DNA of 61,910 bases, counting the filler, from Basidiobolus ranarum (taxonomy: Eukaryota): the NCBI GenBank assembly GCA_040143965.1. It is 18 parts of 18 records of this genome, joined end to end, with 100 filler letters (N's around TTAATTAATTAA, not from the genome) between each part and the next. Parts side by side here need not be neighbours in the genome. Positions count along the whole stretch, not along the records: positions 10,377 to 13,732 come from JASJQH010009424.1; positions 13,833 to 17,187 come from JASJQH010009425.1; positions 17,288 to 20,642 come from JASJQH010009426.1; positions 20,743 to 24,092 come from JASJQH010009427.1; positions 24,193 to 27,540 come from JASJQH010009428.1; 13 more parts are not named here. The stretch is one strand, 5' to 3'. This document shows positions 12,210 through 25,821 of this stretch, one piece after another. Both the position numbers and the translations under genes were made by a program. How positions within the stretch are numbered: position 1 is the first letter of the stretch; each line of letters opens with the position of its first letter. The notes under the pieces were generated by a model. That model was not told the DNA's origin. It saw only the letters and a list, made by a program, of their open reading frames with translations, and did not search any database.

Positions 12210-13396
12210 TTTTTTTGAGGATGAAACAACTTTTTCTAGATTACTGTTCAGGCTTCTGTTAGCGCGAAGAATATTAGTATAATTTGACTCTTCTTAAATA
12301 GTCGATCATCTACATAATATTAGTATTGCTTTTCTTTGCTGAATAGAATCGGGATTGACTAATATATTTTTGGTATGATATGTATGTATAGATAGATCAT
12401 ATAACCCACGTATCCAATAATAGGGGAAGTGGTTTTCTTGCATAAACGTATAACAAGGATTACGTTGTAGTTGATGCAGTCTGAAGCTTAATACTTGGCT
12501 ACTCTCTTCGTTGATACCGAAGATATCAGAAAATTTGGAGAATTAATTTTTTGTTTGTTGACCTACAAAATAGTAAAAATCCCCTAAATTATTACCCAGT
12601 TTCATGGATTAGAAAACCACTTTGACCTCAGCGTGTTACACACACTTCCAAGCATAAAAGATTTCATCTTGTAAAGAATTTTGATAGAGTTAAGCAGATG
12701 AAGTATTATTTCTATATGTAGAAAGCCCCTGAATGTAGAATAGAAGGGTATTTCAATGGAAAGAATACCCTCTCCTGTACTTTGGGTAAAGGAAATCAAA
12801 AGTACTAATCCTAAATGTGTATTAACTAATGTGTTAAAATCTTCTTATCCATTGAAAATAATTGGAACTACTATCCCTGTAATTCCAACACAACGAGTGA
12901 TTTTTTGTTAGCTACAGACTCTAGCTCTACCCAATTACTTTCGAGAATGCGTGAGAAATCAATTGTTGGTGATATGTTAGTAATCAGTGTTTGTGACGAT
13001 TAGTCGTCATTTTAATCCAGTAATATGATGAGAAATGTTATCCGATAGGCACTAAAGACATCCTAAAAGGTTCAATTTGGGTTGCCTTGTGCATAAGAAA
13101 GCAATTCATTAGCTTCTATCCCAGTAAAGAGCAAATTTTCATTGAAAGGAACCTTGTATTATTCGTGTCAAACTTTCCTAATTACAGTATTTCGGTGCTT
13201 TCGAACCGAGCACTTTCGTAGACCGAATACTTTCCGCAAGCTAATGCGATATCGATGGCACCTAGGAATATGATAGGTTACTGTCACTGAATTTGCGTAG
13301 ATACATAGATAGTGTTAGCGCTTGCTTGTGGGTCTCAACTTCTAGTATATAACATGCATCTTTCTCCTGAATCTGCATTCATTACATTATCTCAAC

Positions 13397-13732
13397 ATGT
13401 CTATGAAGTGCGCAGTCTTTAATCAGCCAGGCAGCGTCTTGGAAATAGTCGAGGTACCCATTCCCAAGCCAGGTCCAGGTGAGGTTCTAATCAAGGTAGA
13501 AGCATGCGGAATTTGTCATGGGTAAGATATTCTAATACACTGTTAGGTTATTATATGCTATTAAACAACCCTTCTTATGAATATTGATAGCGACTGTATT
13601 CTTGAGCATAATCATATGCCTGGAATTAATTACCCTGTGATTCCAGGTCACGAGGTTGTCGGTAGAATCCATGAAGTGGGTGAAAATGTAGGTGATTTTC
13701 GAAAGATATGAACTGTAATGGCCTTAAATTAA
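13397..13732 (+). CDS. Zinc-dependent (MDR) alcohol dehydrogenase, 5' part only
   Basis: MSMKCAVFNQPGSVLEIVEVPIPKPGPGEVLIKVEACGICHG|D...YPVIPGHEVVGRI contains the GICH and GHE zinc motifs. One intron; truncated by contig end. Confidence 0.9.
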
Positions 13733-14490
13733 NNNNNNNNNNNNNNNNNNNNNNNNNNNNNNNNNNNNNNNNNNNNTTAATTAATTAANNNNNNNNNNNN
13801 NNNNNNNNNNNNNNNNNNNNNNNNNNNNNNNNAATCTGGAGATAGTAGCAAATCCATGGTTGGCCGTTAGATAGCCACTTGGGCATCCATTGACAGTAAA
13901 AAATACCTCGAAATATCCATCTTGTATGAAATAATATGGAAAGCGAATTCTACTTAACAGCTCTCTCTGAGTAGCATCTGTGCATAAAGCAAGTCATTTC
14001 AATCCGCCTCCAGAGAAGAAAATCACCTAATAAATCTTACAAAATCACAATATTAGTCTAGAGCATATGAATGGTCCTTTTGGGAATCCGATGGACCGAT
14101 GTTCCAGCATAAAATACTCAACCTTCAGGTCTTGTAAAGAGTTGCAACAACACACGTTTCAATATTGAGGATTGATTCGAGCTCTCTAGCAATGCTACAA
14201 GCAGCTAGATAAGTGCAACAAAATGTCAATCGTTGTCACCACCGATGTTGTATATAAATGGCTGGAGAAATTCCAACTTACTGATAGAATAATAGTTAAT
14301 CAATGTTGAATAAATTAAAATCTCTATGATCGTCACAAATTTGGAGATTGAAGACGAATTAGAGTACTTGATGTAAACAACGATTGACAATTTAGCATTT
14401 TACTTGATTAACATGATATAATTTCGCGAATATCGTGTCGTGGTTTGAGTTGATAGTCAAAGCCCAAGTATTACTAAAGCATCTGAAAAA

Positions 14491-16479
14491 ATGCCTCCCC
14501 CTTTGTCTAAGATCTCTAAAGGCTTATTATCCCGTGAGTTGGGTGTCCATTATGATAAAAAGAATACCTGGTATAGCACGATTCCTGAGAGGTGTGTATT
14601 CTATATGACTATTGCACCTTACCAATCTCGTCTCAATCGATATAAACCAATTTCTAAACCTATACTAGATTGCTCTATAAAATTGAAGATGTGACTGACC
14701 TAAATGAAGAGGTAGTATTGAAGTTTAGTGTTATTCTATTGAGCACGATAACAAATTATAGAACAATGACATTAAGTAGCTTTCTCATAGATCAAAACAG
14801 TCATTATACTTGGTTTCATGAAAGACGGTTATCACTTATGTTAGTATGCTTTATTTTTTATGGATCTATAATCCTTTTGGCTTGAACTTTATCCTCGTAC
14901 AGTGTCATATCAATGCATCATGAGTGAAGAGCATTATGGGATCAAATGGGAGTATTATGCGATATTTTGGGAGTTCCAGCTAGCCGGGCGTTTGAGAAAA
15001 GTAGCGACCACCTACTTGTTTGACTCAGAGGGTATGTTGGTTGTTGTTATCTTCCTGCAGTGTGAACCCTTGAGCTAACCTTATTGTTGAATCTTTAACA
15101 GAGGAGATGGAATTAACCGCTGCAGAATCCAAGGATGAACGGTTTGCCTGTAAATTACATTCCTTACATATCGTATTTGTGCAGTACACTTACCTCACTC
15201 TACACTAGTTTTTCATGGTAGACATCATTCCAGTGCAGTCTGTATAATACTAGACTTGGATTGTGAGTACATTTTACCAAAGAAATCCTCACAATTACCG
15301 CTAACATGGGCTTTGATATACAAGTTCTACAAAATCCCAAGAGTAGAGCCCGGGCAGGGATGTTTCGCTTAAATTATACATTACATCCGCCCTATCCTAA
15401 AGCAAATATCGCGGTTCTTTTTTCAAGCCCAAATACTCTCATTTTGAACTCAGGTGAAGCTATCCATTTTGTACATTATCGAAATGTAAATGATTTGAAA
15501 GGTTTCACAGAAACGCATACTCTACAAGTATTTTCTATACTACGTAAGAAAATTGCACTATATCTCTTTCTCACTATTGCTCCAACATAGGATAAGCTGT
15601 GGTCGAAAAATTCGGATCTATTTTCTGAAAGCTTTATGATGGACATGGACACTAGATCCACGTTGAGTATAACCTCTTTTCAGGTATGTTGAACTATACA
15701 AGCGAGCCTACAAGGTCCGTTTCTAATGTATCATCAAATTTTGAAGCATAAACAAATATCGTTCGACCTCGAAGGCTACCTCAGCTTAGAAATGGATGCT
15801 CTCGAAGACGGTCTCCGTATTGTGGACTATAACTCTAGAATTTTACTCGTAAGAAAGCAATACTCATATTACTACACAAATTCGTGATAACTTATGCTGA
15901 TTTATTGCTCAAGAATTTCCCGAACGAAGATTATATCTTACTCTTAGTATCTGCGTTTGCTTCTTGTACCTTGAGCTTGAATAACTCGTAAGCATCTTCT
16001 ACTCTTCTTGACATTCATTTTGTATGCTAACTTGACCTAAAATATAGTCCGCAGGCATACGTTTTTCTGTTAACAGTGAACTACCAGACTGGTAAGTTTC
16101 TAAGAAAATTCCGTTACTTTTACTGAACCTCATTGAACGGATTCATTTCGATTAGGCGACGTATCAACCATAAAGCGCTGGACTCCCAACACTTGTATTA
16201 TCTCGGATATCCCGTTGACACCATCGATCATCATTCGCGAGTTGCATGCGGTATGCAAGGGATACAGTGATTTGTTAGTATCCAGTCGAGATATCCATGC
16301 ATTCTTGACAAATCATGGCGTCATTAAAGGTTAGTTACTATTTCGATGCCAACCTTGAACCGCTATCTAACGCGTCTCTCTCGTGCCCATTTAAAGGGCG
16401 CTCTGTTCCATTGATCAAACATCCATCGTATCCACTAGGCCTATTAGGTTTTAATAGAAAATTATTTGGATGGTCTTAA
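14491..16479 (+). CDS. DCAF15: DCAF15-like CRL4 substrate receptor, multi-exon
   Basis: Manual splicing gives IILGFMKDGYHLLSY...YYAIFWEFQLAGRLRKV...LF...FRLNYTLHPPYP...TLILNSG...IVDYNSRIL...LTNHGVIKGRSV. These blocks are collinear with animal DCAF15 motifs as I recall them (IFLGFSKCGRYVLSY, YHLYWWEF, KYQVVYPFP, VLLNT, MTNEALHKG). Confidence 0.65.
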
Positions 16480-17287
16480 GCTTCATCAGTTAGCAATCTT
16501 GTACTCTCCAGCAAAGTCATGGAATGCACATACATACACGCGCGCCCGCTTTCCTCTTTATGAACGAATATTGGCTGACTTTTGTCTACCAATTGGATAT
16601 CACCTCATTCTCAAAGATAATCTGTACATTTGTATCTTGGCTTTATAACAAATAAAATACCATCTAGATGTGCTCACTTTCCAGCAGTTTGATCTATAAT
16701 GAGGTCGATCACATGACCACCATCGTTTGATATCCAAGAAGGTTTGGTGGGATGTAATCGAGCTTCTTGGGAACATCGAGAGATCTAGACACTAAGCCGC
16801 AGACTCAACGATGCATTCAAGTAAAATTATGGAATGATCTAGAGTTTACGAAATACGGGTCTTATAGCTACTCTTGTAATACGTGCAGTGAATTGGATCA
16901 CACACAATAGGGTAAAAACCCTCGGGGCGACTAGCAATTCAGTATCATGTGAAGTTCCAGGATGCAGTCACAATGATGCCAAGGTTCCTGGAAGAAAGTG
17001 AGATTGAATATATCATAAACGCCATTCAATCTTGAATCAATGGTTGCCAGAGATGAGTTTGGACTCGTGTCTAGACCTCAACTTACTGAACTTGGTTGGC
17101 TACACTATTCATCTTAGGAACTGGTAAGCAGTCCCCACAGCAATTGCTTGGTAATATAGTTGTCGCCAATGTCGCTCCTTTCTGCGGNNNNNNNNNNNNN
17201 NNNNNNNNNNNNNNNNNNNNNNNNNNNNNNNTTAATTAATTAANNNNNNNNNNNNNNNNNNNNNNNNNNNNNNNNNNNNNNNNNNNN

Positions 17288-17469
17288 TTTGAGGTGATTT
17301 GGAGAAGATTTGAGAAAATAGTGAAAATTGGTAAAAGTGATCTAATTGATATTTCTATCAATTAGAGCAATAAACACACATTTTTGAATGACAGAATTGG
17401 GTACTAAATATTCAGAATATGAGTTTACTAATTACTGAATAATGAATTGCTATTTATCTAATTTCATCA
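17288..17469 (-). mobile_element. Partial copia LTR (family B)
   Basis: Reverse complement of the 5' half of the LTRs at 20050 and 40430. Confidence 0.8.
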
Positions 17470-19004
17470 CTAATCTTCTATGCCATATACAAACATCTGG
17501 ACAAGAGTAAGTACCAAGGAGCATGCTACCAGACAAGCATCAGGTGTACTACTGTGCAACTGAAACTAAAGGCAACTGCAAGAATTATTGAATCTTCCAC
17601 TTTGTGGGATGTAGATTGGCTGCCTGAGAGCCAACTGCTATGACAGCAATCAATTAGAATATGCATCTTCACAAGACCAAGACAATGAGTGTTTTAGAGA
17701 GATAGTGGAGCTCCTACTGAACTTGAAAAAGCCACCTTCAACAAGCACTAACATCAAGGTAGACATTATTTTTTGACACATTCCAATTTGCAACAGAGGT
17801 CAATGCCAGTCAACAGTGATGAAGCAAACCTAAAGAAAGACATTCTAGGTCAGTGCTTAAAACTCTGTCCAGCAGCAATGGCTGGTTGACCACACAAGTA
17901 AAGTTTCTACTTAAGAAGAGACTGTGATACAAACAAACCATAAACAAGACCAAACAAGGCAACCCATGTCACAGCACACTGACCTTAAGCCACACCACAT
18001 GCTGGCCAAGGTAGAGGAAGTTCAGTGGATCAAACCAGCCAACCCAGCACAGAGGTTCAAGCAAAGTTCCTTTGTGGAAATATCTAGAAGACAGCAAAAT
18101 ATCAGAGGCAAATCAGCATATACCACTTCAAACCTGGGCAATTGCTGAATGTTCTTGTTACTACTTACATCATCCCATTTTTACTGCTTGGCACATCACA
18201 TGTATTCAAAGTGGATTGCAGTCAACAATGGCATAAACTGCTTCAATAAGATCATGATTACTTAAATCTTTATGAGATATTAACAGAGTAAAGTTGTTAT
18301 AGAGCAACAAATTGAAATTATATCCCATGAATTCAAACAATTTCACTAAAATAAATGAAAGGTGTCTGTCAGTAAACAGCTTGTGTAGCTGTATTGGCTT
18401 GATATAGGTCAATTTACTCACTTTCTCACCAAGTTAGAAGCTTAAAAAATAGAGTGCATAAAATATATTTGTTGATCTGAAAATGATGCATCTAGTGATC
18501 CTGATCAAGAGTGTTTTACCTAAGATCAATCTACTGTAGATTACTGTGATTTGTTACCTGTATGCTAAAACTACTGGTGAGTCATAATGCAGGAACCATT
18601 GGGCCCAACTGAAGTTGAGGATATTCTATGAGTCAGAGAAAAGTGATTTCTGTATTCACATGCACAGTCTCAGTTATACTTTTAATTAGACAAGTTACTC
18701 TATATATTGTTTATTCTTACATGTTCAATAACTGCTAAGTTGTGAACCAAGGGATGAACTTACATTGTCAGTTACCCTATGTCTTGATTTGGCAATAATA
18801 ACTGGAGTTACTTTGTACAAGCTGGCACAATATTTCTAAAATATCACTATGTCTGATTGTAGCGAGATGGTGCCATTGTGTTTCTTATAGTGTCCAATTA
18901 TGTGTCATAGGACCAGGCCATGGTAACTAACAAATTGCACCACACAGTGTCTTTGCATGCCTGATTGAGCAATCTAATCTGACCAGGCCTAAAGGAAACA
19001 GTCT
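17470..19004 (-). mobile_element. Degenerate left arm of an IS5/Harbinger-like element
   Basis: Reverse-complement homology to 25822 onward (about 27000). Ends in a degenerate AGACT(T)GTTTCC terminus at 19004. The inner boundary is approximate. Confidence 0.6.
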
Positions 19005-20049
19005 AATACCTTAATTCAATCATGTCAGACCTCCAAAATTTGTTTGAGGAGCTAATTAGTTTCCAATTAAGGGCTTCTTGATCCTTTGATGGTAGGGGAC
19101 ATGACACCCACATTTAGTTGTCCTTTAAGGAAGAAATACCCACATTTGTTTTTCCTTTAAGGAAGAAAACTCATTTTATATTGTTTCTCACATTAACTTG
19201 AATCAGCAGACTGCAGCTTTTGATCTGGAGTGTGCGGCTTGTCACAAATGCAGCAAAAGTATAACTGGTATCATTGGAAGTAATCCGCTATTTCCCTCTC
19301 TAAGTTATCCCTTTGAATGACATGCTGGATCCTAACTCATGTTTGAAGTAATTTGAGCTGAATATTTAGTTAGATTAGGCCCTCATAATGCCAGAATTCT
19401 CTCAAACATTGTTTTATGCTTTTCATCAAGAATCATTACTTTGTACTATACCAACATATGATTTCTAGTACCCAACAATTGGTAGGCCTTAAATCTAGCA
19501 TCATAACCAACAAGAACTCATTCTCTGCCTCTAAGTTCCAATTTAGAGTGTTTTGGAGTGGGAATTAGGCAATTCACAGTGCAAATGATGATCTTGAGTA
19601 TGTCTGCACATAGTTTTAACTTACATGGCACTTCAAATGGAGCAGAATTTTGCAGTAATTGTGTTGGGCTTCAGTCTTTGATAATGATGGTAGTGGATAC
19701 ATATTTAGCGCAATATGGGTAATGCAACTTGTGATCTTGTAACATTGATCTTGCCATTTATTGAGCCAGACAACCAATAGTTCTTCCTTGATTCAGATTG
19801 GAAATATCACAAATCAACGTTCCACATTTCCAAGATTTCCTCAGCAAATACTAATAGAACAGACACTAATAGATATTCTCTGACAGTGCTCAAATCATAT
19901 GCCTGCTTGAAAAACAGCTTTCTGGCAAATATTCTTTTACTGCTATCTTTTATGAAATAGCCTGGTTGCATACAATTCTTGTGAATGATTGAATGCCTGT
20001 CAGGGATGTTAGAATTGAAACCTATCAGACATCTTTTTGACTAAGTGCT

Positions 20050-20642
20050 TATAGAAATTAGGTAAATAGCAACTCATTATTGAATAGTTAGTTTATTCAT
20101 ATTCTGATTATTTAGTACTCAATTCTGTCACTCATAAATGTGTGTTTATTGCTCTAATTGATAGAAATATCAATGAGATCACTTTTACCAATTTTCACTA
20201 ATTCTCAAAACTTCTCCAAATCAGCTCAAATTTTCACCCATGCTTAACAGGCATGTTTGTTATGATCTAAGCATGTCCAATAGTCCTATTTCATCATAAA
20301 CTATAAATAGGACTTATTCAATTCAATAAAACTTAAGTGTCTAATTCACAAATCCAAATCTTGACCAAAACACTTCCAAATCCCCTAAGCACTCTTATCA
20401 AGTCATGAGCCCCAAGTTAGCTGTTAAAGGAATGTCTACTAGTACTATTACTAATGTTTTTGCATCCACAGAGAAGTTTGATGGTCAAGACTTTCACCTT
20501 TGGAAGTTCAAGATGCAAATGGTGCTAGAACACAAGGACCTTTGGGGATTTGTTGCAGGAGAAGAAATAGAGCCAAAGGGACCACCAGAAGCTATCCTTG
20601 CCTTTCACAAGAAGCAGAGGAAAGCACTCTCTACACTTTGTT
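20050..20642 (+). mobile_element. Ty1/copia 5' LTR (family B, 20050-20400), PBS and start of gag
   Basis: The LTR ends ...CTTATCA and is followed by AGTCATGAGCCC (PBS variant). The gag frame from 20432 reads EKFDGQDFHLWKFKMQMVLEHKDLWGFV (DUF4219-type). Confidence 0.88.
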
Positions 20643-20742
20643 NNNNNNNNNNNNNNNNNNNNNNNNNNNNNNNNNNNNNNNNNNNNTTAATTAATTAANN
20701 NNNNNNNNNNNNNNNNNNNNNNNNNNNNNNNNNNNNNNNNNN

Positions 20743-21123
20743 CAAGTATGTGCATATGTAGAGACTAAACACAACAAGATTCTTGTATTTTTTGATTCTC
20801 ATTATGGCTGGAATACAAAGCCTAAAATATCTAAGTAAAGGCATGCATATCAATTTGAATTCCTACAGCAGTAAACCCAGTGATTTGCCATTCAAAAATC
20901 AGTTTTTGCAAAAATTGTTGGAAATTAAGTAATGCATGCCAAATAAAAGGGTCACTATTTTATCATGTATGAATATTGTTGAAATACCATCAAGAAGCTA
21001 CTGTCTCAACAACAAAATCCCTGGCAGAATGCAAACCACCAATATTGTGATGGTTCTCTGATGGTTTTGTGATCCACAAGGGTGGATCCAACCCAGATCA
21101 AATCAATTTTATCTTTGTTAGAG
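20743..21123 (+). mobile_element. CACTA-type element, 3' end
   Basis: Homologous to 49735-50113. Ends TCTTTGTTAGAG, a degenerate TGTTAGGG. Confidence 0.75.
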
Positions 21124-24100
21124 AGTAGTCTACTGAGGGCTAGATTTTTGCTTTAGCTAAATGACTGGAGAAATCTACTGGTCAAGAAGTGGATAGCTGC
21201 ACCATTGTCAAATCCACTATCATGCTGAAAACTGGTATAAGATGACCCTCTTGTTTCTGAAGTAGCTTTATAGCTACATGAAACAAAACAGCCCAATATT
21301 GTTGCCATACACTTCCAGCTAGACTTTTGGAAGCAATATCTTGCCTTGGAGAGACCATTTTTGATCTCCCATTATTCCAAGTTTTTAACCCATTGTTCAT
21401 CTGGTTTGAGCTGAGTATCTTCCTTTCTACTTACCACCTATGCCCCTTATCTCTATATTTACATCCTCAGAACTGGATTACATTGGTCATCAAGTTAAGT
21501 ATGGATATGATCCAGTTTTGTCACAATATCTTAAAAGAATGAAGTCATGATTGTCACTTTGTTTAGATTAGTATGTAAGCTGGATAAAGTCCACACCACC
21601 TGGTGCTTTTCAACCCCCTTTGTGAATCTCTGTCTCATTCCACTAATTTCTATTGTTGACTAACCATTTTTACCTTTGTTACTCCCTCCTACTGCACTTA
21701 ATAGTGTCATAGACTCTACTGGCTTAACTTTTCTACTTTGTAACATTCATACCAATACTCCAGAACTTCACACTTTGATTAAGAAGCTACAAAAGTAGTT
21801 GTGGCTTCATTGTTTTGTTTGCAATAAAGATTTAACCTGGTGATGACTGTCTCCCCCTAATGCCTTTAATATATGGGCTAACCTTTACTTTTCCTGCTAG
21901 TTAGGGTTAGGTGAATGGGATCCAACAATGATGGCACGTTTTAAATACACTAAGATATTTGTTGTGGCATCTAATCTTGATTCATCATGCAGGCAATTTG
22001 ACTTTAATCAGGACTATTGTATCTTGTATGCATGAAGCCAAGATTAGTGCTGGATCAGAATAACGTGGTTTAACTATTGTCTCAGATATGCATTTTTGAT
22101 CGGTAAGAGACCAGGTAATTTACCTAGGTGCCTTATTAGTCATGCTAACCCTAAGCCTAACTTTAAGTTTTCACCAATATCTCTGGCCTAGTAATGGCAA
22201 GGAAAACTGAGCCTAGATTGCTGACACTATCACTCGATACACTCTAAGTACTATTGCTATCATAGGTGTGCAGAACGAAGCTAAGAGAAGTATAATAGAA
22301 TGATGTATATTTACTGAAATGATCTGATATTCACCTAAAAGTTATTCATTTGAAGAATTACCAATTTATGCTCACCATCGATGCTTCCTTTGAGTTTATT
22401 CTACTTCTCTCCTTTGTAGATATTTTGTAGTATGCTTGTTTAAATGAGCCTTCACCGAAGTATCTCCCCTGATTCTTTTTTATTTGAAATAAGCAAGTAT
22501 ACTTGTTTTCTTGTGTGTATCCTTGTTAAATGTATAGGAAACCTCATAACATGTCAATGGACTCTGTTCTAAGATACTACATTACAGATCATAAACAATT
22601 GCTACCTTGAGCCAGGATTTGTTCTTGAAGCGAATAGCATAGCACTGAATGGCAACGACCATGATTCGGTCTACCCATAGTATCTCTCTTACCATAAACA
22701 AAATTGCATGTATTGAATGAAGCATTGATACGGTTTTATAAATGTTCAGTAAAAAGTGGCAAAATGCCAGATATTGAGAGAAACAGGGTTAAATCAGTCA
22801 ATATTTAAATATGAAGTTTTTACTATCAAGTAAAATACCCGTTTCGAAAGTATCGGTAAAAAGTATCGGCAAAATGATAGCAAGCATCTGGAAGCTGAGA
22901 GAGCCTTATGTCAAAATCAAGCTCAATCTTATTTCTCTCTCTGCCCTCTCTTTCAATATCAGCTAGTCATTCCGAACAAAACGTGTCCTTCAAATCAAAA
23001 GCCACATGAAATTTGTAATACTGAGTCAGAATTTGTTCCTGCTCTCTTTCAGCTATGGACTCGTACTTTTTTACCTTCTTCAGTAACTCGTATGTCCTCT
23101 TACTTGCCCTCTACCGCAACTATAGCAACATATATCTTTGTACCATATAAAATCAAAAAAGCTGCGTTCCCTCTCTACCCTGTCAATGATTGGCCTATGT
23201 GCTACTTCTGTAATGTTGTAAAGAAATGTTCCGAGATGGTATGCTTCAGGTAACTTGACACGCTTCTGAGAAAGTCAAAACCGGTGCGCTGGAGCTATTC
23301 AAGATCCAATCCGCACAAGAACAAGATAAATTCCTCATGGCCAATTTAAAGAACAGGCCCAACAGATCTCGCATTTACAAATTAATTAGTTGCACTATTA
23401 AAGTAGCACTTTTCCAGATCTACTCTCATATAAATAAGGATATCCCGACTGCAGTTTTTGAAGTTTTGCTTTCGTGGTCACTTAGCTGGCATTTGTCCCT
23501 CTTGATATTCAAGAGCTATGGGAGCGATCAACTTATATTCTATGAAATATTGATCTATCAACAATTATCGGAACTGGTGAGTTATTTACCAGTTAATGGC
23601 AGTCGAAACTTTGTTAATACGTTATACTCTATCGACCAGTAAATATCAGAATCGATCAAAATTGTGTTGTATCACACTGCTTTCTTGCCTTTACAGCAAT
23701 ATACTTTAGTTACTTTTCTCGCGTTTATACCAGTTATTATAACTTGGTTGTTCAACTTATCCAGGTCATTCACTATGAAGTATCTTCATATGTAACTCTT
23801 AGCTTTTAGCCTCTTTAAAGCAGTTCTCACTGTTGCTTTACATGATTGGTATTCTCTGAGAAAGCGTGTCAAAAATATATCCTGATAAATGAGTCCATAG
23901 CTATAGAAAGATGCATTAACACTAGTAGCTATTGTCAACGTAACTTGCTAGAGTGTAAATATAGCTTAATGCATCATACTTTTTTTAAAAAAATGAATTT
24001 ATTGGTTTTGCCTTTAGGTCTTTCCAATGGTATATGTACTAAAAGACCATATATTTATGGATGTAGAAATGTACTTATTAACCAAAAAATCTNNNNNNNN

Positions 24101-24192
24101 NNNNNNNNNNNNNNNNNNNNNNNNNNNNNNNNNNNNTTAATTAATTAANNNNNNNNNNNNNNNNNNNNNNNNNNNNNNNNNNNNNNNNNNNN

Positions 24193-24490
24193 CCAGAAAT
24201 AAAGCATTTATACTTTTTGGTGGAAATACAGAAAACTAACACTGGGGTTGTGTTCAGAACATCTGTGGGAGTAAAATGAGCTATCTTTGGGGCAATTTGG
24301 ATGTGTTTGAAATTTCCAATATGGAATTGCTAATTCTCACATTATTCACAAATATATATAATATATGTTCCGATTTTCAGCTAAGTAATATTTGACTTGG
24401 TATTGTTAACTAACTTATATGTGATATATGAAATAGTTAGGTGTATAAAGATAGAGATAATAAATATGATAAAGACAATAAACTTCAACA
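24193..24490 (-). mobile_element. LTR-like repeat (family C)
   Basis: Inverted copy of 27193 to about 27490, with a TGTT terminus. Confidence 0.65.
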
Positions 24491-24589
24491 TAAATATGAT
24501 CTAAAAAGGTTGGCTATGGATATTTCAGGGTAACTTTAAAAGCTATGACCTACATACTCTATAATACCAAGCTTTCTTAGTTAACCAAG

Positions 24590-25198
24590 CCCAGGGATTT
24601 TTTATTTGAGGAATATGAAATATGTTTGCCCAATTTGGCTTCAGAAGAAGACAAAAAACTATTTTTCCCAAACTAATCTTGTAAATCAATTTGAATCAAA
24701 ACTACAAAGAAAATAGCATTCTGGTGGACTCTTAAACTGATATTCTGCCTACAGAAGTGACCAATATTCTGCCAGAAGTTGCAGGATCTTTATCCCTGAC
24801 AAGAGGTCAAATTAGATCAGAAAATGCTCTGATTATTATACCCTTGAGTCCCAATAATGGGCCCATGCCTGCCCAGCTCAGGTACATGAACCCCAGACTG
24901 TAAAAGAGGCCCTTAATGACCCTCACACAAAATTTTGGATATCTGCAATGGCTGATGAGTACCAGGCTTTGTTTAATAATCAAACTTGTATTTTAACCAA
25001 TTTACATGATGATAGCAAATTAGTTAGATGCCATTGAGGATTTGAAGGTAAATTCAGCTTGGATGGCAACATAGAAAGATACAAGGCTAGACCAGTATTC
25101 AGTGATTACTCCTAAACAGCAGGAATAGATTATATAAAAGCTTTGGCTCCTGTAGCAAAGTTTGACTCAATTAGATTAATTTTGGCGTTTCAGCTACA
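24590..25198 (+). pseudogene. Copia pol remnant (start of reverse transcriptase, RVT_2)
   Basis: EPQTVKEAL...WISAMADEYQAL...ERYKAR...GIDY...APVAKFDSIRLILA, with internal stops. Interrupted by a CACTA end. Confidence 0.85.
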
Positions 25199-25821
25199 CC
25201 ATAACAGAAATTTGAGGATTGTTATTTTAGGAGAGCCATTACAATTTTAATCCATTTTGGATTGACTTTTTACTTACTATCATACAATTGTCTGGTCAGA
25301 TTTGATTTTAGTCAATTTTTTCAATTTCAAAAGGGGAATTTCAAGATATCACAAAATAGGTGCATGTGATTGGCTACAATCCCAGAGAACTATGGATCAA
25401 CACATGTAAAAAAAACATAACTCAAATTTTTTACATCTACCCCTTCAATGCTAATTTGTCAACTTTGAATTCCCTAGCTTCTTTGATATATTCTCCCAAA
25501 TATTTTACTAGAGTTTTTTATACACAAGCCCTGACAGAAATTTGAGGATTGTTATTTTTGGAAAACAATCACAATTTTAATCCATTTTGGATTGACTGTT
25601 TACTTACCATCACACAATTGTCAAGTGATATTTGATTTTAATATATTTTTTAGGTTTCAGGAGTGAAATTTCAAGATCTTAAAAAAAGTAGCACATGATT
25701 GGCTACAATCTCCAACAACTATGGATCAACAAATGTGCAAGAAATGTAACTCAAATTTTACACATTTACCGCTTGAATGCTAATTTGTCATCTTCAAAAT
25801 TGCTAGTTTCTTTGATACATT
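25199..25821 (+). mobile_element. Two tandem/nested CACTA-type left ends (starting at 25199 and 25529)
   Basis: Both begin CC(C/A)T(A/G)ACAGAAATTTGAGGATTG. The same sequence occurs at 47701 and inverted at 38630 and 41505. Confidence 0.75.

Noticed and set aside
13833-14030. Possible 5' exons of a minus-strand gene at the contig edge
   Set aside because: Too short, and the reading frame is ambiguous.
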